Assembly: GCA_031553555.1 (NCBI GenBank)
Contig: JAVBLL010000008.1
Location: 5,662-69,661 of the forward strand
From: Bacilli bacterium
Lineage (GTDB): Bacteria; Bacillota_I; Bacilli_A; ML615J-28; CAG-698
DNA: 64,000 bases
Direction: 5' to 3'
This document shows positions 38,380 through 48,215 of the stretch, in pieces. The notes beneath the pieces are model-generated. The model saw only the letters and a list, made by a program, of their open reading frames with translations, was not told where the DNA came from and ran no database searches. Each line of letters starts with the position of its first letter. Position 1 is the stretch's first letter. Both the position numbers and the translations under genes were made by a program.

Positions 38380-40059
38380 ATGGAAATATCATTATATAAA
38401 ATTTTAAACTTAAATGAAAAAGCGACATTAGAAGAAATAAAAAGTGCTTATCGCAAGTTAGCTAAAACATATCATCCAGATATAAATGATGAGTATCTTT
38501 CAAATAAAAGATTTACTAAAATAAATGAAGCATATGAAATTTTAAAAAATATTGAAAAAAAGGCTGAATATGATAGTTCTTTGAAAAGTTATAGAGAAAG
38601 ACTTTTGAATGGTACTTTTACCGCTTTAGAAGATCTTGTTACCATTGGGGACTATTATTTTTATGGATCCATTTTACCTCAAGATTTCATAAAGGCAGGA
38701 GAATTTTATAAAAGGGCATATAATGAAGGAGCTTGGATTCAAAAGTCCATGTCATCTGGTTATAATGAAAAAGCTTATATTTATTATAGTGCGATTCATA
38801 AATTAGGATTAATATATAATTTTGGACTTGGCGTATCTGTGGATTATAAGATTGCTGCTAATTACTACAAAATATCTGCACAAAATAATTATGTGGAAAG
38901 TTATTATTATATTAATAAAATGATAGAGGCAAATCAAATCCATGCTTTTTTAATGAATAATGAGAATTTTCGTTTTGATGATTTTAATTTTAATTATGCC
39001 AGTTGGCAAGCGCGTTTTGGTTTACGAAATAAGCAATCAAAAGAAGCTTTTGAAAACTTTGAGAAACTTTGTGATATTACTTTACCTGATCAAAGACTTT
39101 ATGAACAATGGTTTTTATATAATAACATTGATTTAGATAATAAAATAATGAGCGAAAATCTAAACTTTTTAAAGGATTTAGGGAAACTTCAGTTTAAATT
39201 GGGATTATGTTATTATGAAGATCCCTATGGCTATGCTGACGAATCTACAAGAAATTATGATAAAGCAATAAAATATTTTAGTAAAGCTATTGAAAATGGT
39301 TGCTATGATACGCTATATTATGCTGGATTAATGTATATCAAAAACAAATCATATAATAATGCTATGATTTGTTTTGAAAAAGCAAAAGAATATTTTGATG
39401 AGAAAAAACTTGAAGGTAAATCCTTTTCTCATATACAAGATCCAACATACGAACTAGGATATATGTATAGCTCTGGATTTGACGTTGAAAAAGATCTTGC
39501 CAAAGCAAGAGAATATTACAATAGTATTATAAATACGGATACTAGAGCTATATGCAGTCTTGAAGAGTTGAAAAACGAATTATTAGTAAGCTTTTCGTAT
39601 ATTACTGCTGAAAGTATTAAATCATCAAGAAAAAGGTTAATAGAAGACTCTGACAAAAAATATCGATTAAAAGCAGAATATAAAAAGTTCTTAACAAATT
39701 CTACATTGTCAGATAAATACTTTATTTTAACAGCATCTAAAAAGAAAATAAATTATCAATTTATTGATTTTGGTAATATATATTGTTTTCTTTCTTTGGG
39801 AAAGAATTTGCATAATGTAAGTGAAACATCGCTATTATTAAAAGACAATTGTCGATGGAGTTTTGTTGAACAGACATTTATATCTGGTTATGATTTTAAA
39901 ATATTGAAATCTAATATTATTAAAATTAATATTAAAAAAAGAAAAATGATAATTTATTTAAAAAAAGGGAAAATGAAATTCGATTTAAAATATTTTAATG
40001 ATATGAATTTGGATACTATATTTTCTGATGTTAAACATAAAATCTCTTTGCAAGAATAA
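38380..40059 (+). CDS. J-domain (DnaJ) protein with Sel1-like/TPR repeats
   Basis: IKSAYRKLAKTYHPD, INEAYEIL; LGLIYNFGLGVSVDYKIA and LGYMYSSGFDVEKDLAKA Sel1 repeats. Confidence 0.85.
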   Translation: MEISLYKILNLNEKATLEEIKSAYRKLAKTYHPDINDEYLSNKRFTKINEAYEILKNIEKKAEYDSSLKSYRERLLNGTFTALEDLVTIGDYYFYGSILPQDFIKAGEFYKRAYNEGAWIQKSMSSGYNEKAYIYYSAIHKLGLIYNFGLGVSVDYKIAANYYKISAQNNYVESYYYINKMIEANQIHAFLMNNENFRFDDFNFNYASWQARFGLRNKQSKEAFENFEKLCDITLPDQRLYEQWFLYNNIDLDNKIMSENLNFLKDLGKLQFKLGLCYYEDPYGYADESTRNYDKAIKYFSKAIENGCYDTLYYAGLMYIKNKSYNNAMICFEKAKEYFDEKKLEGKSFSHIQDPTYELGYMYSSGFDVEKDLAKAREYYNSIINTDTRAICSLEELKNELLVSFSYITAESIKSSRKRLIEDSDKKYRLKAEYKKFLTNSTLSDKYFILTASKKKINYQFIDFGNIYCFLSLGKNLHNVSETSLLLKDNCRWSFVEQTFISGYDFKILKSNIIKINIKKRKMIIYLKKGKMKFDLKYFNDMNLDTIFSDVKHKISLQE

Positions 40060-40084
40060 ATATCTAAAATAAATTTATATTAGT

Positions 40085-40120
40085 AAATAAAACAAGAATA
40101 TTATTCTTGTTTTATTTTTT
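40085..40120 (+). terminator. Intrinsic terminator
   Basis: AAATAAAACAAGAATA / TATTCTTGTTTTATTT followed by T tract. Confidence 0.7.
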
Positions 40121-40213
40121 ATTATCCTGTGTATATATTTAATGCATAATGATAAAAAATATAATTATTCATTCCTTTATTATTCTAGTAATTTAATAAG
40201 TTATCGAAAAACA

Positions 40214-40242
40214 TTTACATTATACGGATAAAATGTTAAAAT
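40214..40242 (+). promoter_or_regulatory. sigma-A promoter of the lipoprotein-RRE operon
   Basis: TTTACA-N17-TAAAAT with TG extension. Confidence 0.65.
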
Positions 40243-40272
40243 AAACATAATGATATAGTATTAGGTGAATAT

Positions 40273-41019
40273 ATGAAGAAATATGTCTTGGTAATTATTA
40301 TGCTCTTTCTTTTATTAACTGGATGCGGTGATGCGGATAAGAATACAAAGGGCATTGATGTGCAACCGGTATTTTATAGTAATGATGATTTGGGAATTGA
40401 ATTTACAATTAAATATGATTTTGAAACTATGGATATTCAAAAGAAAAATACATCTGAATATGGATTATTAATATCTTATAAGGAACTTGAAAAAGATAAG
40501 TTTATTAAATGGTATGACGGAGTTATCACTAATACTTGTGAAAGTATTGAAGAGGATTCCTTTTTTGTAATATTAAATGTGTACGAACCAAATGATTATC
40601 AAAAACAAATATATGCAAGAGGTTATGTAATAAATAATAATATAATCTTATATTCTGATACTATTATTACTACTAGCTTGTATGATGTTGCTTTAAAAAG
40701 TGATAATACTAAAGCAGCTGAAGTAGTTGATTATTGTAATACTCGTGGTAAGATAATTACAACTGTTAAAATAGATTTAGATACTAGTAAAAAGAATTAC
40801 ACTGCTCAAGCATTAGAAAATTTATATGAAGCAAATTTAATTGACGATCCGACAAAAAATAATGTTGTCGTTAAGATTACCCCAATTAATGGTTATAAGT
40901 TTGGAGATTCAGTAACAATTTATGTGAATGGTGTAGAAGCCCAATCTAAGGATTTTAATATTATTGATGGAGTAATGACCTATAAAATTAAAGATCCTAA
41001 TTGGACTGATATATACTAG
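40273..41019 (+). CDS. Lipoprotein of unknown function, C-terminus ...KDPNWTDIY
   Basis: MKK, hydrophobic stretch and LTGC lipobox; beta-rich body. Confidence 0.82.
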   Translation: MKKYVLVIIMLFLLLTGCGDADKNTKGIDVQPVFYSNDDLGIEFTIKYDFETMDIQKKNTSEYGLLISYKELEKDKFIKWYDGVITNTCESIEEDSFFVILNVYEPNDYQKQIYARGYVINNNIILYSDTIITTSLYDVALKSDNTKAAEVVDYCNTRGKIITTVKIDLDTSKKNYTAQALENLYEANLIDDPTKNNVVVKITPINGYKFGDSVTIYVNGVEAQSKDFNIIDGVMTYKIKDPNWTDIY

Positions 41020-41026
41020 GTGTGTT

Positions 41027-41740
41027 ATGAATATTTATAAAATAGCTGGCATTTTAATAGAAATGGGTCCTAAACATGAACCTTTATTATCACAAAGCAA
41101 AGAATATATATATACTGGTATTATTCATGATGAAGAAGTTAATAAAATTCCTGAAGCTGAACAAAAAATTATCAATATGAGAGAACAATATCCTCATTTG
41201 AGCGTTGGTAATTGTGAGTATATGGTCTATGGAACATATTTTTATTCAATCTTAATTAATAACAATGGAATTATGCTACATTCATCTGCAGTTTGTTATG
41301 ATAATTTTGCTTATTTGTTTTCAGCTCCAAGTGGCACGGGTAAATCAACCCATACTAGTTTATGGCTTAAGGCATTTCCTGGGGCTAGAATATTAAATGA
41401 TGATAAACCAGCAATTGTTATTAATTCAGCTGGAGATATTAGAGCTTATGGGACACCTTTTTCTGGAAAAACTGATTTAAATTTCAATGAAGATTTTGCC
41501 ATCAAAAGTATTTGTTTTCTTAAAAGGAGTCCAGATAACTGGATCAAAAATATAAATTCTCAAAAAGCTATTAGTGAAATTTTATCGCAAACTCTTAGAC
41601 CAACAAATATTGAAATGATGGATAAAGTATTAAACATTGTTGAAAGAATGGTAAAAGAGATAAAAATATGTGAGATGGGATGTAATATTTCGCTTGAGGC
41701 TGCTAAATTAGCATATGATTTTATGAATGAGGATAATTAA
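41027..41740 (+). CDS. HPr kinase-like P-loop protein (RiPP-cassette kinase type)
   Basis: MLHSSAV, LFSAPSGTGKSTH, ILNDDKP, YGTPFSGK. Confidence 0.8.
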   Translation: MNIYKIAGILIEMGPKHEPLLSQSKEYIYTGIIHDEEVNKIPEAEQKIINMREQYPHLSVGNCEYMVYGTYFYSILINNNGIMLHSSAVCYDNFAYLFSAPSGTGKSTHTSLWLKAFPGARILNDDKPAIVINSAGDIRAYGTPFSGKTDLNFNEDFAIKSICFLKRSPDNWIKNINSQKAISEILSQTLRPTNIEMMDKVLNIVERMVKEIKICEMGCNISLEAAKLAYDFMNEDN

Positions 41741-41741
41741 A

Positions 41742-42935
41742 ATGATGAATGAAAAGCAGTTCTTAATTTTCAATGAAAAACAGTTTTTGATTTTCATTAT
41801 TAAAAGAGTATTACAAAAAGAAATCATACAAGAAATACCAGAGAACATTGATATTAAGAAATTATTAACCTTCGCTAAGGCACATGCTTTAGAAAATTAT
41901 TTATATTATGGCTTAAAAGATATATGTGAAGAGGCGGAACGTAACCTCTTGAAAAAAATAAACCAACAGACAATATATAAAATTGCTATTCAAGATGCTG
42001 AATGTGATAATATCCAAATGGAATTTGAAAAGAACCAAATAAACCATATTTTATTAAAAGGAAGTGTCATCAAAAAAATATATCCTTTTGCTGATTTGAG
42101 GACTATGGGTGACATTGATATTTTGATTGATGAAACAAAGGCCAAAGAATGCCGCCAAATAATGCAAAAAATGGGGTATGTTTGTAATGCTTTTAATCAT
42201 TCAAATCATGATGAGTATACACGCAAACCATATATGGTAATAGAACTACATCGTCAACTTATGAGTGATAGCATTGGATATAGCAAATATTATCAAGATA
42301 TTTGGCAGTTTGTTCATCAAATAGATGGATATGTTTATCAATATAAAATGACGGATGAAGATTATTATATCTATATGATTGCCCATATTGCAAAACATTT
42401 CTTTTTAGGTGGTGCAGGTATCAGAAATATCATAGATATATATGTATATATGAATGCATATGAAAACTCATTAAACTGGATATATATTAGTAGTGAATTA
42501 GAAAAAATGGAACTCAATAAATTTGAGCGTTCTTTATTCTCATTAATGAATTATTGGTTTAGAGTTGGTAATAATAATGAAGAAATCGAATTGTTAGAAG
42601 AATACATAATGGATTCAACTACTTATGGAACTCGCAAAAACATGGCTATTATTAATATGTTTAATGGATATGAGTTAAATAGAAAACTACAAGCATCAAA
42701 ATGGAAATATATCATACTTAGTTTATTCCCACCTTATAAACATATGACACAGCGTAATAGGATTTTGAAAAAGATACCTATCTTATTACCATGGTTTTGG
42801 TTTACTAGATTATTGAAAGCCGTTTTCAAAGTTAAAAATAAAAAAATGAGAATGAAAGCAGTTGATAGCATTACTAAAGAAGATATTGAAAAATATGAAA
42901 AAATGAAAGGAAATGTTAGTAATTATGAAGATTAA
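41742..42935 (+). CDS. Nucleotidyltransferase family protein (NTP_transf_5-like)
   Basis: ILLKGSVIKKIYP..LRTMGDIDIL, IELHRQL, HIAKHF..GGAGIR..D. Confidence 0.87.
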   Translation: MMNEKQFLIFNEKQFLIFIIKRVLQKEIIQEIPENIDIKKLLTFAKAHALENYLYYGLKDICEEAERNLLKKINQQTIYKIAIQDAECDNIQMEFEKNQINHILLKGSVIKKIYPFADLRTMGDIDILIDETKAKECRQIMQKMGYVCNAFNHSNHDEYTRKPYMVIELHRQLMSDSIGYSKYYQDIWQFVHQIDGYVYQYKMTDEDYYIYMIAHIAKHFFLGGAGIRNIIDIYVYMNAYENSLNWIYISSELEKMELNKFERSLFSLMNYWFRVGNNNEEIELLEEYIMDSTTYGTRKNMAIINMFNGYELNRKLQASKWKYIILSLFPPYKHMTQRNRILKKIPILLPWFWFTRLLKAVFKVKNKKMRMKAVDSITKEDIEKYEKMKGNVSNYED

Positions 42936-43188
42936 AACAGGATTTGTGCTAAGAGAAGTGGCTGGTAATTTTGTGGTTGTTGCTGTAGGAGAAGCAACAA
43001 AGAAATTCAATGGTATCATTAACCTTAATAGTACTGGAGCTTTCTTATGGAAGAAATTACTGGAAAACACTACAGCTGAAAATTTAAGTGAAGCATTAAT
43101 GAATGAGTATGGTATTGATATAAAAACAGCAAAAAATGATGTTGATGGTTTCATAAGTAAGCTTAAAGGAGCTGACTTACTTGAATAG
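42925..43188 (+). CDS. PqqD family protein (RiPP recognition element)
   Basis: FVLREVAG, INLNSTGAFLWKKL, EYGID...A..DV..FI..L pattern; 87 aa. Confidence 0.9.
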   Translation: MKIKTGFVLREVAGNFVVVAVGEATKKFNGIINLNSTGAFLWKKLLENTTAENLSEALMNEYGIDIKTAKNDVDGFISKLKGADLLE

Positions 43189-43636
43189 CCAATCGTCATA
43201 TCAAAGTGTATTAAATGAAAAAGGCTTTATTGTAGTCAATATTACGGGCACTAGTATGCTGCCGCTTCTCAAAGAAAACAGAAATACTGTATTATTAATT
43301 AAACCAAATAGGCCTATTCGCAAAAAAGATGTTTTATTATATAAACGTCTTGATGGCACTTTTGTTTTGCATCGCCTTTTGAAAATCAAAAACAACTCAT
43401 ATGTTATGTGTGGAGATCATCAATGGCAATTAGAATATAATGTTCAAAAAAATCAAATTATTGGAGTCATGGAAGGATACTATCGTAAAGAAAAGTATAT
43501 TTCAATTGCTAGCAAAATGTATAGAATCTATTGCTTTTTTCATACAAAAACAAGATGGTGCCGTTATCTCAGAGATAAAATAATAAGAGTATTGGTAAAA
43601 TTTAAGAAACTGTTTAATAAAAAATCAAAGGAATAA
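43181..43636 (+). CDS. S24/S26 family peptidase (Ser-His type)
   Basis: GTSMLPLL, DVLLYKR, VLHRL, GD, IIG; TTG start overlapping the pqqD stop. Confidence 0.85.
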   Translation: MNSQSSYQSVLNEKGFIVVNITGTSMLPLLKENRNTVLLIKPNRPIRKKDVLLYKRLDGTFVLHRLLKIKNNSYVMCGDHQWQLEYNVQKNQIIGVMEGYYRKEKYISIASKMYRIYCFFHTKTRWCRYLRDKIIRVLVKFKKLFNKKSKE

Positions 43637-43638
43637 TT

Positions 43639-43667
43639 TTGCTATAAATATAAAAATATGATATAAT
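43639..43667 (+). promoter_or_regulatory. sigma-A promoter
   Basis: TTGCTA-N17-TATAAT with TG extension. Confidence 0.6.
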
Positions 43668-43685
43668 TAATAAGTGAGGTAAAAA

Positions 43686-44396
43686 ATGGAAGTAAAAAAA
43701 CATATTATTGAAATAAATAGTCTTTCTAAAAGTTATGGAGATTTTTTGGCGATTGATAATTTATCTGTTGATTTCCCATTTGGTAAAATAATCGGTCTAC
43801 TTGGCCCCAATGGCAGTGGAAAAACAACGCTGATAAAATTATTTACGGGTATGTTACATCAATATGAAGGTAATATATTGATTGATGGTTTAAAACCAGG
43901 AATTGATACCAAAAAGGTAGTGTCTTATCTTCCAGATAGAAATTTCCTGCCTAGAAAATGGACTGCTAAAGATATAATTGAATATTATAAAGATTTCTTC
44001 CCTGATTTTATGGAAGAACGTGCATGGGAACTAATCAAGCAACTTGAAATTGATCCCAATAAAAGATTCAAAGAAATGTCTAAAGGAACAAAAGAAAAAA
44101 TTCAATTGATAATGATATTATCACGAAAAGCCAAACTTTATATATTTGATGAGCCAATTGCAGGAGTTGATCCTGCTGCTCGTGAATTAATATTTAGATT
44201 AATATTAAGTAATTTTGATAGAGAATGTTCTATTATAATATGTACTCATTTGATATCAGAAGTTGAGGATATATTAGATTATGCTATATTTATATCAAAA
44301 GGTAAAATCGCTTTAAAGAATGATGTTGATGCGATAAGAGAAGCAACAGGCAAATCTTTAAATGAAGTGTTTAAGGAGATGTATAGATATGCGTAA
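43686..44396 (+). CDS. ABC-2 type transporter ATP-binding protein
   Basis: GPNGSGKTT, MSKGTKEK, FDEPIAGVD, CTH. Confidence 0.92.
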   Translation: MEVKKHIIEINSLSKSYGDFLAIDNLSVDFPFGKIIGLLGPNGSGKTTLIKLFTGMLHQYEGNILIDGLKPGIDTKKVVSYLPDRNFLPRKWTAKDIIEYYKDFFPDFMEERAWELIKQLEIDPNKRFKEMSKGTKEKIQLIMILSRKAKLYIFDEPIAGVDPAARELIFRLILSNFDRECSIIICTHLISEVEDILDYAIFISKGKIALKNDVDAIREATGKSLNEVFKEMYRYA

Positions 44397-45228
44397 ATTA
44401 ATTAAACATGAATTAAAGAATTATTGGTTTATGATGATGATTATCAATGTTGCTATACTTGCTGTTTGGATATTTGCATCTATTTTTGTTTTGATTTTTA
44501 ATAACAGCATGTATACAGCAACTGCCTTTGGAATATTTTCTATAATTATGATTGCTTATGTAATTTTTGGTATATATGTTGCAGCAATTGTCTTTCTAAT
44601 AATAAATATTGTTAATAGTTTATCAACGAAACTATTTTCTAATGAGGGATACTTGACATTCTCAATTCCTGTTGATACTGATTCGATTATAATTAGTAAA
44701 CTAATTACTAATTTTATATGGATTGTAGGAACAATGATTGTCTCATTAATCGGAATATTCATTTTTATATTATGTATAGAAGTTATATTAAATCAAAGCA
44801 TATATATATTTAAAGAATTAACAAATATATTTATTGATAATGCTTTTGAAACATATATAACGATTCTTAAAGTACTTTTTGGAATACTATTTATTATTAT
44901 CGTTTTACTTTTTATGAATTCCTTACTTAATATTGGAAAGTTTAATAGAGGTAAAGGCGGAATGTTAGTTTTATTCATCGTATCATTTTTAGTGCTTTAT
45001 TTCTTTTTAAAGAATATAACGAGTTATATTTCCTTTGGGGTTGGTTTCTCATCTGATGGATATGGTTTTTATTTTGGAAAAGCTCAAAGTATTTGGGAAT
45101 ATAATAGTAGTAAGCTTGTTGAGTATTATGTCATTGATATTACATCAATAATATTACATATAGGGTATACGGTTGGATTATATTTCTTATCACGCCATTT
45201 TATAAAGAACAAATTAGAATTAGAATAA
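44389..45228 (+). CDS. ABC-2 type transporter permease
   Basis: MRKLIKHEL start, six TM segments, EGYLTFSIPV...IIISK motif. Confidence 0.85.
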   Translation: MRKLIKHELKNYWFMMMIINVAILAVWIFASIFVLIFNNSMYTATAFGIFSIIMIAYVIFGIYVAAIVFLIINIVNSLSTKLFSNEGYLTFSIPVDTDSIIISKLITNFIWIVGTMIVSLIGIFIFILCIEVILNQSIYIFKELTNIFIDNAFETYITILKVLFGILFIIIVLLFMNSLLNIGKFNRGKGGMLVLFIVSFLVLYFFLKNITSYISFGVGFSSDGYGFYFGKAQSIWEYNSSKLVEYYVIDITSIILHIGYTVGLYFLSRHFIKNKLELE

Positions 45229-45250
45229 AACAAGAACTGTATGTATAATC

Positions 45251-45286
45251 AATAATATCTAGTAATCAAGCTAGATATTATTTTTT
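45251..45286 (+). terminator. Intrinsic terminator
   Basis: AATAATATCTAG...CTAGATATTATT followed by T tract. Confidence 0.7.
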
Positions 45287-45349
45287 ATTTTGAGTATCTT
45301 TTTTATGTGTTTTATGTTATTATATATTATATATTGATCGGAGGTTTTT

Positions 45350-46204
45350 ATGGATGGTATTCTTTTATGCAATAAACCAACAGGGATGACTTCCCATGAT
45401 GTTATAGCAATTATTAAAAGAACTTTGCATATAGATAAGATTGGTCATGCAGGGACACTAGACCCTTTAGCAACTGGCTTATTAGTTGTATTACTCGGAC
45501 AGGCAACTAAACTATCAGATTATTTAATGAACGATAATAAACGATATTTAGCCGAAATAACTTTAGGAATAGCAACCGATACTGAGGATATAACCGGCAA
45601 TATTATTGAATCTAAAGATGTTGAGGAAGACATTGATGTTGATAATGTCCTAGATAAGATATCTGGAAAAATAATGCAAACTCCACCAATGTACTCTAGT
45701 ATTCATCATAATGGACAAAAACTTTATGAGATTGCCAGGAAAGGGATAACTGTTGATAGAGTTGCCAGAGAAGTAAATATAAAGGAAATGAAAAAAGAAA
45801 GTGAAGTTATTAAAGAGGGCAAAACAGTAAAATTCTCTTTTTCTTGTTTAGTTTCAAAAGGAACATATATTCGCACATTATGTACTGAAATTGGTACTAG
45901 GCTTGGATATCCTGCGACCATGAGTAAGCTATGCCGAACTTCATCTGGGGATTTTTCTCTTGATAATGCATATTCACTAGAAGATATAAAAAAAGGTAAT
46001 TATAAACTATTAAATATGATAGACTGTCTATCTAATAAATTCACAGTTGAAGTTAATGATGAACTCGCAAAAAAAATATTAAATGGCATGAAATTATATG
46101 AAAAGTTTGAAAATGAATTAATATTTTTCACATATAAAAATGAATTATTAGCAGTATATGAAAGAGACAATAACTGCTATCGGGCAAGAAGAGTATGGAA
46201 TTAA
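45350..46204 (+). CDS. truB: tRNA pseudouridine(55) synthase
   Basis: KPTGMTSHD, GHAGTLDPLATG, QTPPMYS, SKGTYIRTL. Confidence 0.96.
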   Translation: MDGILLCNKPTGMTSHDVIAIIKRTLHIDKIGHAGTLDPLATGLLVVLLGQATKLSDYLMNDNKRYLAEITLGIATDTEDITGNIIESKDVEEDIDVDNVLDKISGKIMQTPPMYSSIHHNGQKLYEIARKGITVDRVAREVNIKEMKKESEVIKEGKTVKFSFSCLVSKGTYIRTLCTEIGTRLGYPATMSKLCRTSSGDFSLDNAYSLEDIKKGNYKLLNMIDCLSNKFTVEVNDELAKKILNGMKLYEKFENELIFFTYKNELLAVYERDNNCYRARRVWN

Positions 46205-47103
46205 TTTATATAAATGACGATAACAAAAAAACACCAAGTGATATAGTCGTGGCACTTGGGGAGTTTGATGGTTTACACAAAGCCCATATGCTACTTATAG
46301 AACGTGCAAAACAAATCGCCAAAGACAATGGTTTGCGTACAGCCGTTATGACTTTTGATCCACATCCTGATTTTGTCTTAAATAAACGTAAAGATATATC
46401 ATATATTACTCCACTACCAGAAAAAATAAAACTATTAGCTGCAATTAATATTGATGTTTTAATAATTGTTCATTTTTCGATTGAGGTTATGAAAATAGAT
46501 TATTATAATTTTTATAATGAATTTCTAAAGTCTATACCTTGGATAGTCGTGGGCTATGATTATCATTTTGGTCATATGGGACAAGGAACTGCTCATAAGC
46601 TACAAGACCTGCATAAAAACGTCATAATAATCGAAGAAATCATGTTTGACAAGCAAAAAATAGGCTCAAACAATATTCGCTTATTTTTAGAAAATGGCAA
46701 TATTGAAAAAGCTAATGAACTACTTGGCAGAAATTATCATATATTTGGTACGGTGGTTCATGGATCGGGGATTGGTCGTAAACTAGGTTTTAAAACGGCT
46801 AATGTCCGTTTTAGTGATGAATACCAATTAATTCAAACCGGGGTTTATGGAGTCTATATTGATGTTAAAAATCAAAGGTATTTAGGTATGGCTAATTTTG
46901 GTCTTAACCCAACCATTAACACCCAAACAAAACCAAGGTTAGAAGTTAATATTTTCGATTTTGATGAAGATATATATGGTGAAGAAGTGAGTGTTTTCTT
47001 TTTGTTTTATTTAAGAGAAGAAAAAACATTCATTAATAAACAACAATTAATTCAACAATTATATGAAGACAGTTTAAAAATAAAAGAAAGATATGGAGCA
47101 TAA
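46195..47103 (+). CDS. ribF: Bifunctional riboflavin kinase/FAD synthetase
   Basis: GEFDGLHKAH, TFDPHP, VGYDYHFG, GRKLGFKTAN, FDFDEDIYG. Confidence 0.95.
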   Translation: MELIYINDDNKKTPSDIVVALGEFDGLHKAHMLLIERAKQIAKDNGLRTAVMTFDPHPDFVLNKRKDISYITPLPEKIKLLAAINIDVLIIVHFSIEVMKIDYYNFYNEFLKSIPWIVVGYDYHFGHMGQGTAHKLQDLHKNVIIIEEIMFDKQKIGSNNIRLFLENGNIEKANELLGRNYHIFGTVVHGSGIGRKLGFKTANVRFSDEYQLIQTGVYGVYIDVKNQRYLGMANFGLNPTINTQTKPRLEVNIFDFDEDIYGEEVSVFFLFYLREEKTFINKQQLIQQLYEDSLKIKERYGA

Positions 47104-47104
47104 T

Positions 47105-47794
47105 ATGAAATTATTGATAGTCGGCGCAATGGAATCGGAAATAACTAATTTTCGTAATAAACTATTAAATTATGAAATAATAACAAAAAGTGAGTTCACA
47201 TTTTATATTGGTAAAGTTGTAAATAATGATATTATATTAGTCCGTTCAGGAATAGGAAGAACGATGGCTGGGGTTTTAATTGGTGTAGCTATGAGCACAT
47301 TTGAAGGTATAGATAAAATTATTAATGTCGGTATAGCCGGAGGAGTATTTCCTACTAAACATGGAGATGTCATCGTTGGTTCCAGATATTGTTACGGAGA
47401 CGTTGATCTTTCTCAAGGAATGAAAGAACGATATGGTCAAATGGCCAATTGTCCTCGTCTTTTTCATGCTGATTTGGATCTCATAAAACTTGTCGATGAA
47501 AATAAATGTTTTATTGGAGATATATGTACATGTGATTCTTTCACGACCTCACTTGAAAAGGTTAATTATTTAAGTAATACTTATTTTAATGATTTGAATA
47601 TACTATGTTTTGATATGGAATCTACCGCCTTTGCACATGCGGCGTATTTCTATAGTATTCCTTTTCTAGCAATTAGGGTCATAAGTGATGTGATTGGTAA
47701 TGACAATCAATCTGCTGAATATAAGGAAAATGAATTATCATCTAGTAAGAGAAGTAATGATTTTTTATTTGATATAATAAAAAAAATATCTTGA
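47105..47794 (+). CDS. mtnN: 5'-methylthioadenosine/S-adenosylhomocysteine nucleosidase
   Basis: IVGAMESE, SGIG, INVGIAGG, DMESTA, IRVISD. Confidence 0.9.
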   Translation: MKLLIVGAMESEITNFRNKLLNYEIITKSEFTFYIGKVVNNDIILVRSGIGRTMAGVLIGVAMSTFEGIDKIINVGIAGGVFPTKHGDVIVGSRYCYGDVDLSQGMKERYGQMANCPRLFHADLDLIKLVDENKCFIGDICTCDSFTTSLEKVNYLSNTYFNDLNILCFDMESTAFAHAAYFYSIPFLAIRVISDVIGNDNQSAEYKENELSSSKRSNDFLFDIIKKIS

Positions 47795-47819
47795 CATTTT
47801 ATGGGTTTTGATATATAAT
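47791..47819 (+). promoter_or_regulatory. Consensus sigma-A promoter of the rplU operon
   Basis: TTGACA-N17-TATAAT. Confidence 0.85.
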
Positions 47820-47821
47820 AT

Positions 47822-47890
47822 GTATGTTGCAATTGTCAACCGCATGAAAAAGGTTTAAGTGATTTTATCCACCTTATTAGCGTGTCTTAA
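47822..47890 (+). ncRNA. L21 leader (ribosomal protein leader RNA)
   Basis: 5' UTR of rplU with GTATGT..ACCGCA..AAGGT...ACCTT..GCGTGTC pattern typical of the Firmicute L21 leader. Confidence 0.7.
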
Positions 47891-47913
47891 TATTATTCAA
47901 AGGAGGAAAGCAT

Positions 47914-48213
47914 ATGTTTGCAATTTTTGAAACTGGAGGAAAACAGTATCGTGTTCAGGAAAATGATTCATTAATTATTGAAAAATTAGATATTCCTGAA
48001 GGAGAAGTAATAGTTTTCGACAAAGTATTAATGGTTAATGGTAAAATAGGTTCCCCATATGTAAAAGGTGGAAAAATATCAGCAACTATTGAAAAACATG
48101 GGCGTGGTCCAAAGATTATTGTTTATAAGTATAAATCAAAAAAGAATTATCATAAAAAACAAGGTCACAGACAACCATTCACAAAAGTTAATATTACCAA
48201 AATAGAAGGTTAA
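47914..48213 (+). CDS. rplU: 50S ribosomal protein L21
   Basis: [23 protein letters not shown]. Confidence 0.98.
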   Translation: MFAIFETGGKQYRVQENDSLIIEKLDIPEGEVIVFDKVLMVNGKIGSPYVKGGKISATIEKHGRGPKIIVYKYKSKKNYHKKQGHRQPFTKVNITKIEG

Positions 48214-48215
48214 TA

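Noticed and set aside
40273-43636. Lasso peptide or PQQ biosynthesis cluster
   Set aside because: No asparagine-synthetase-like cyclase, transglutaminase-like B2 peptidase, radical SAM enzyme or short precursor in the vicinity.
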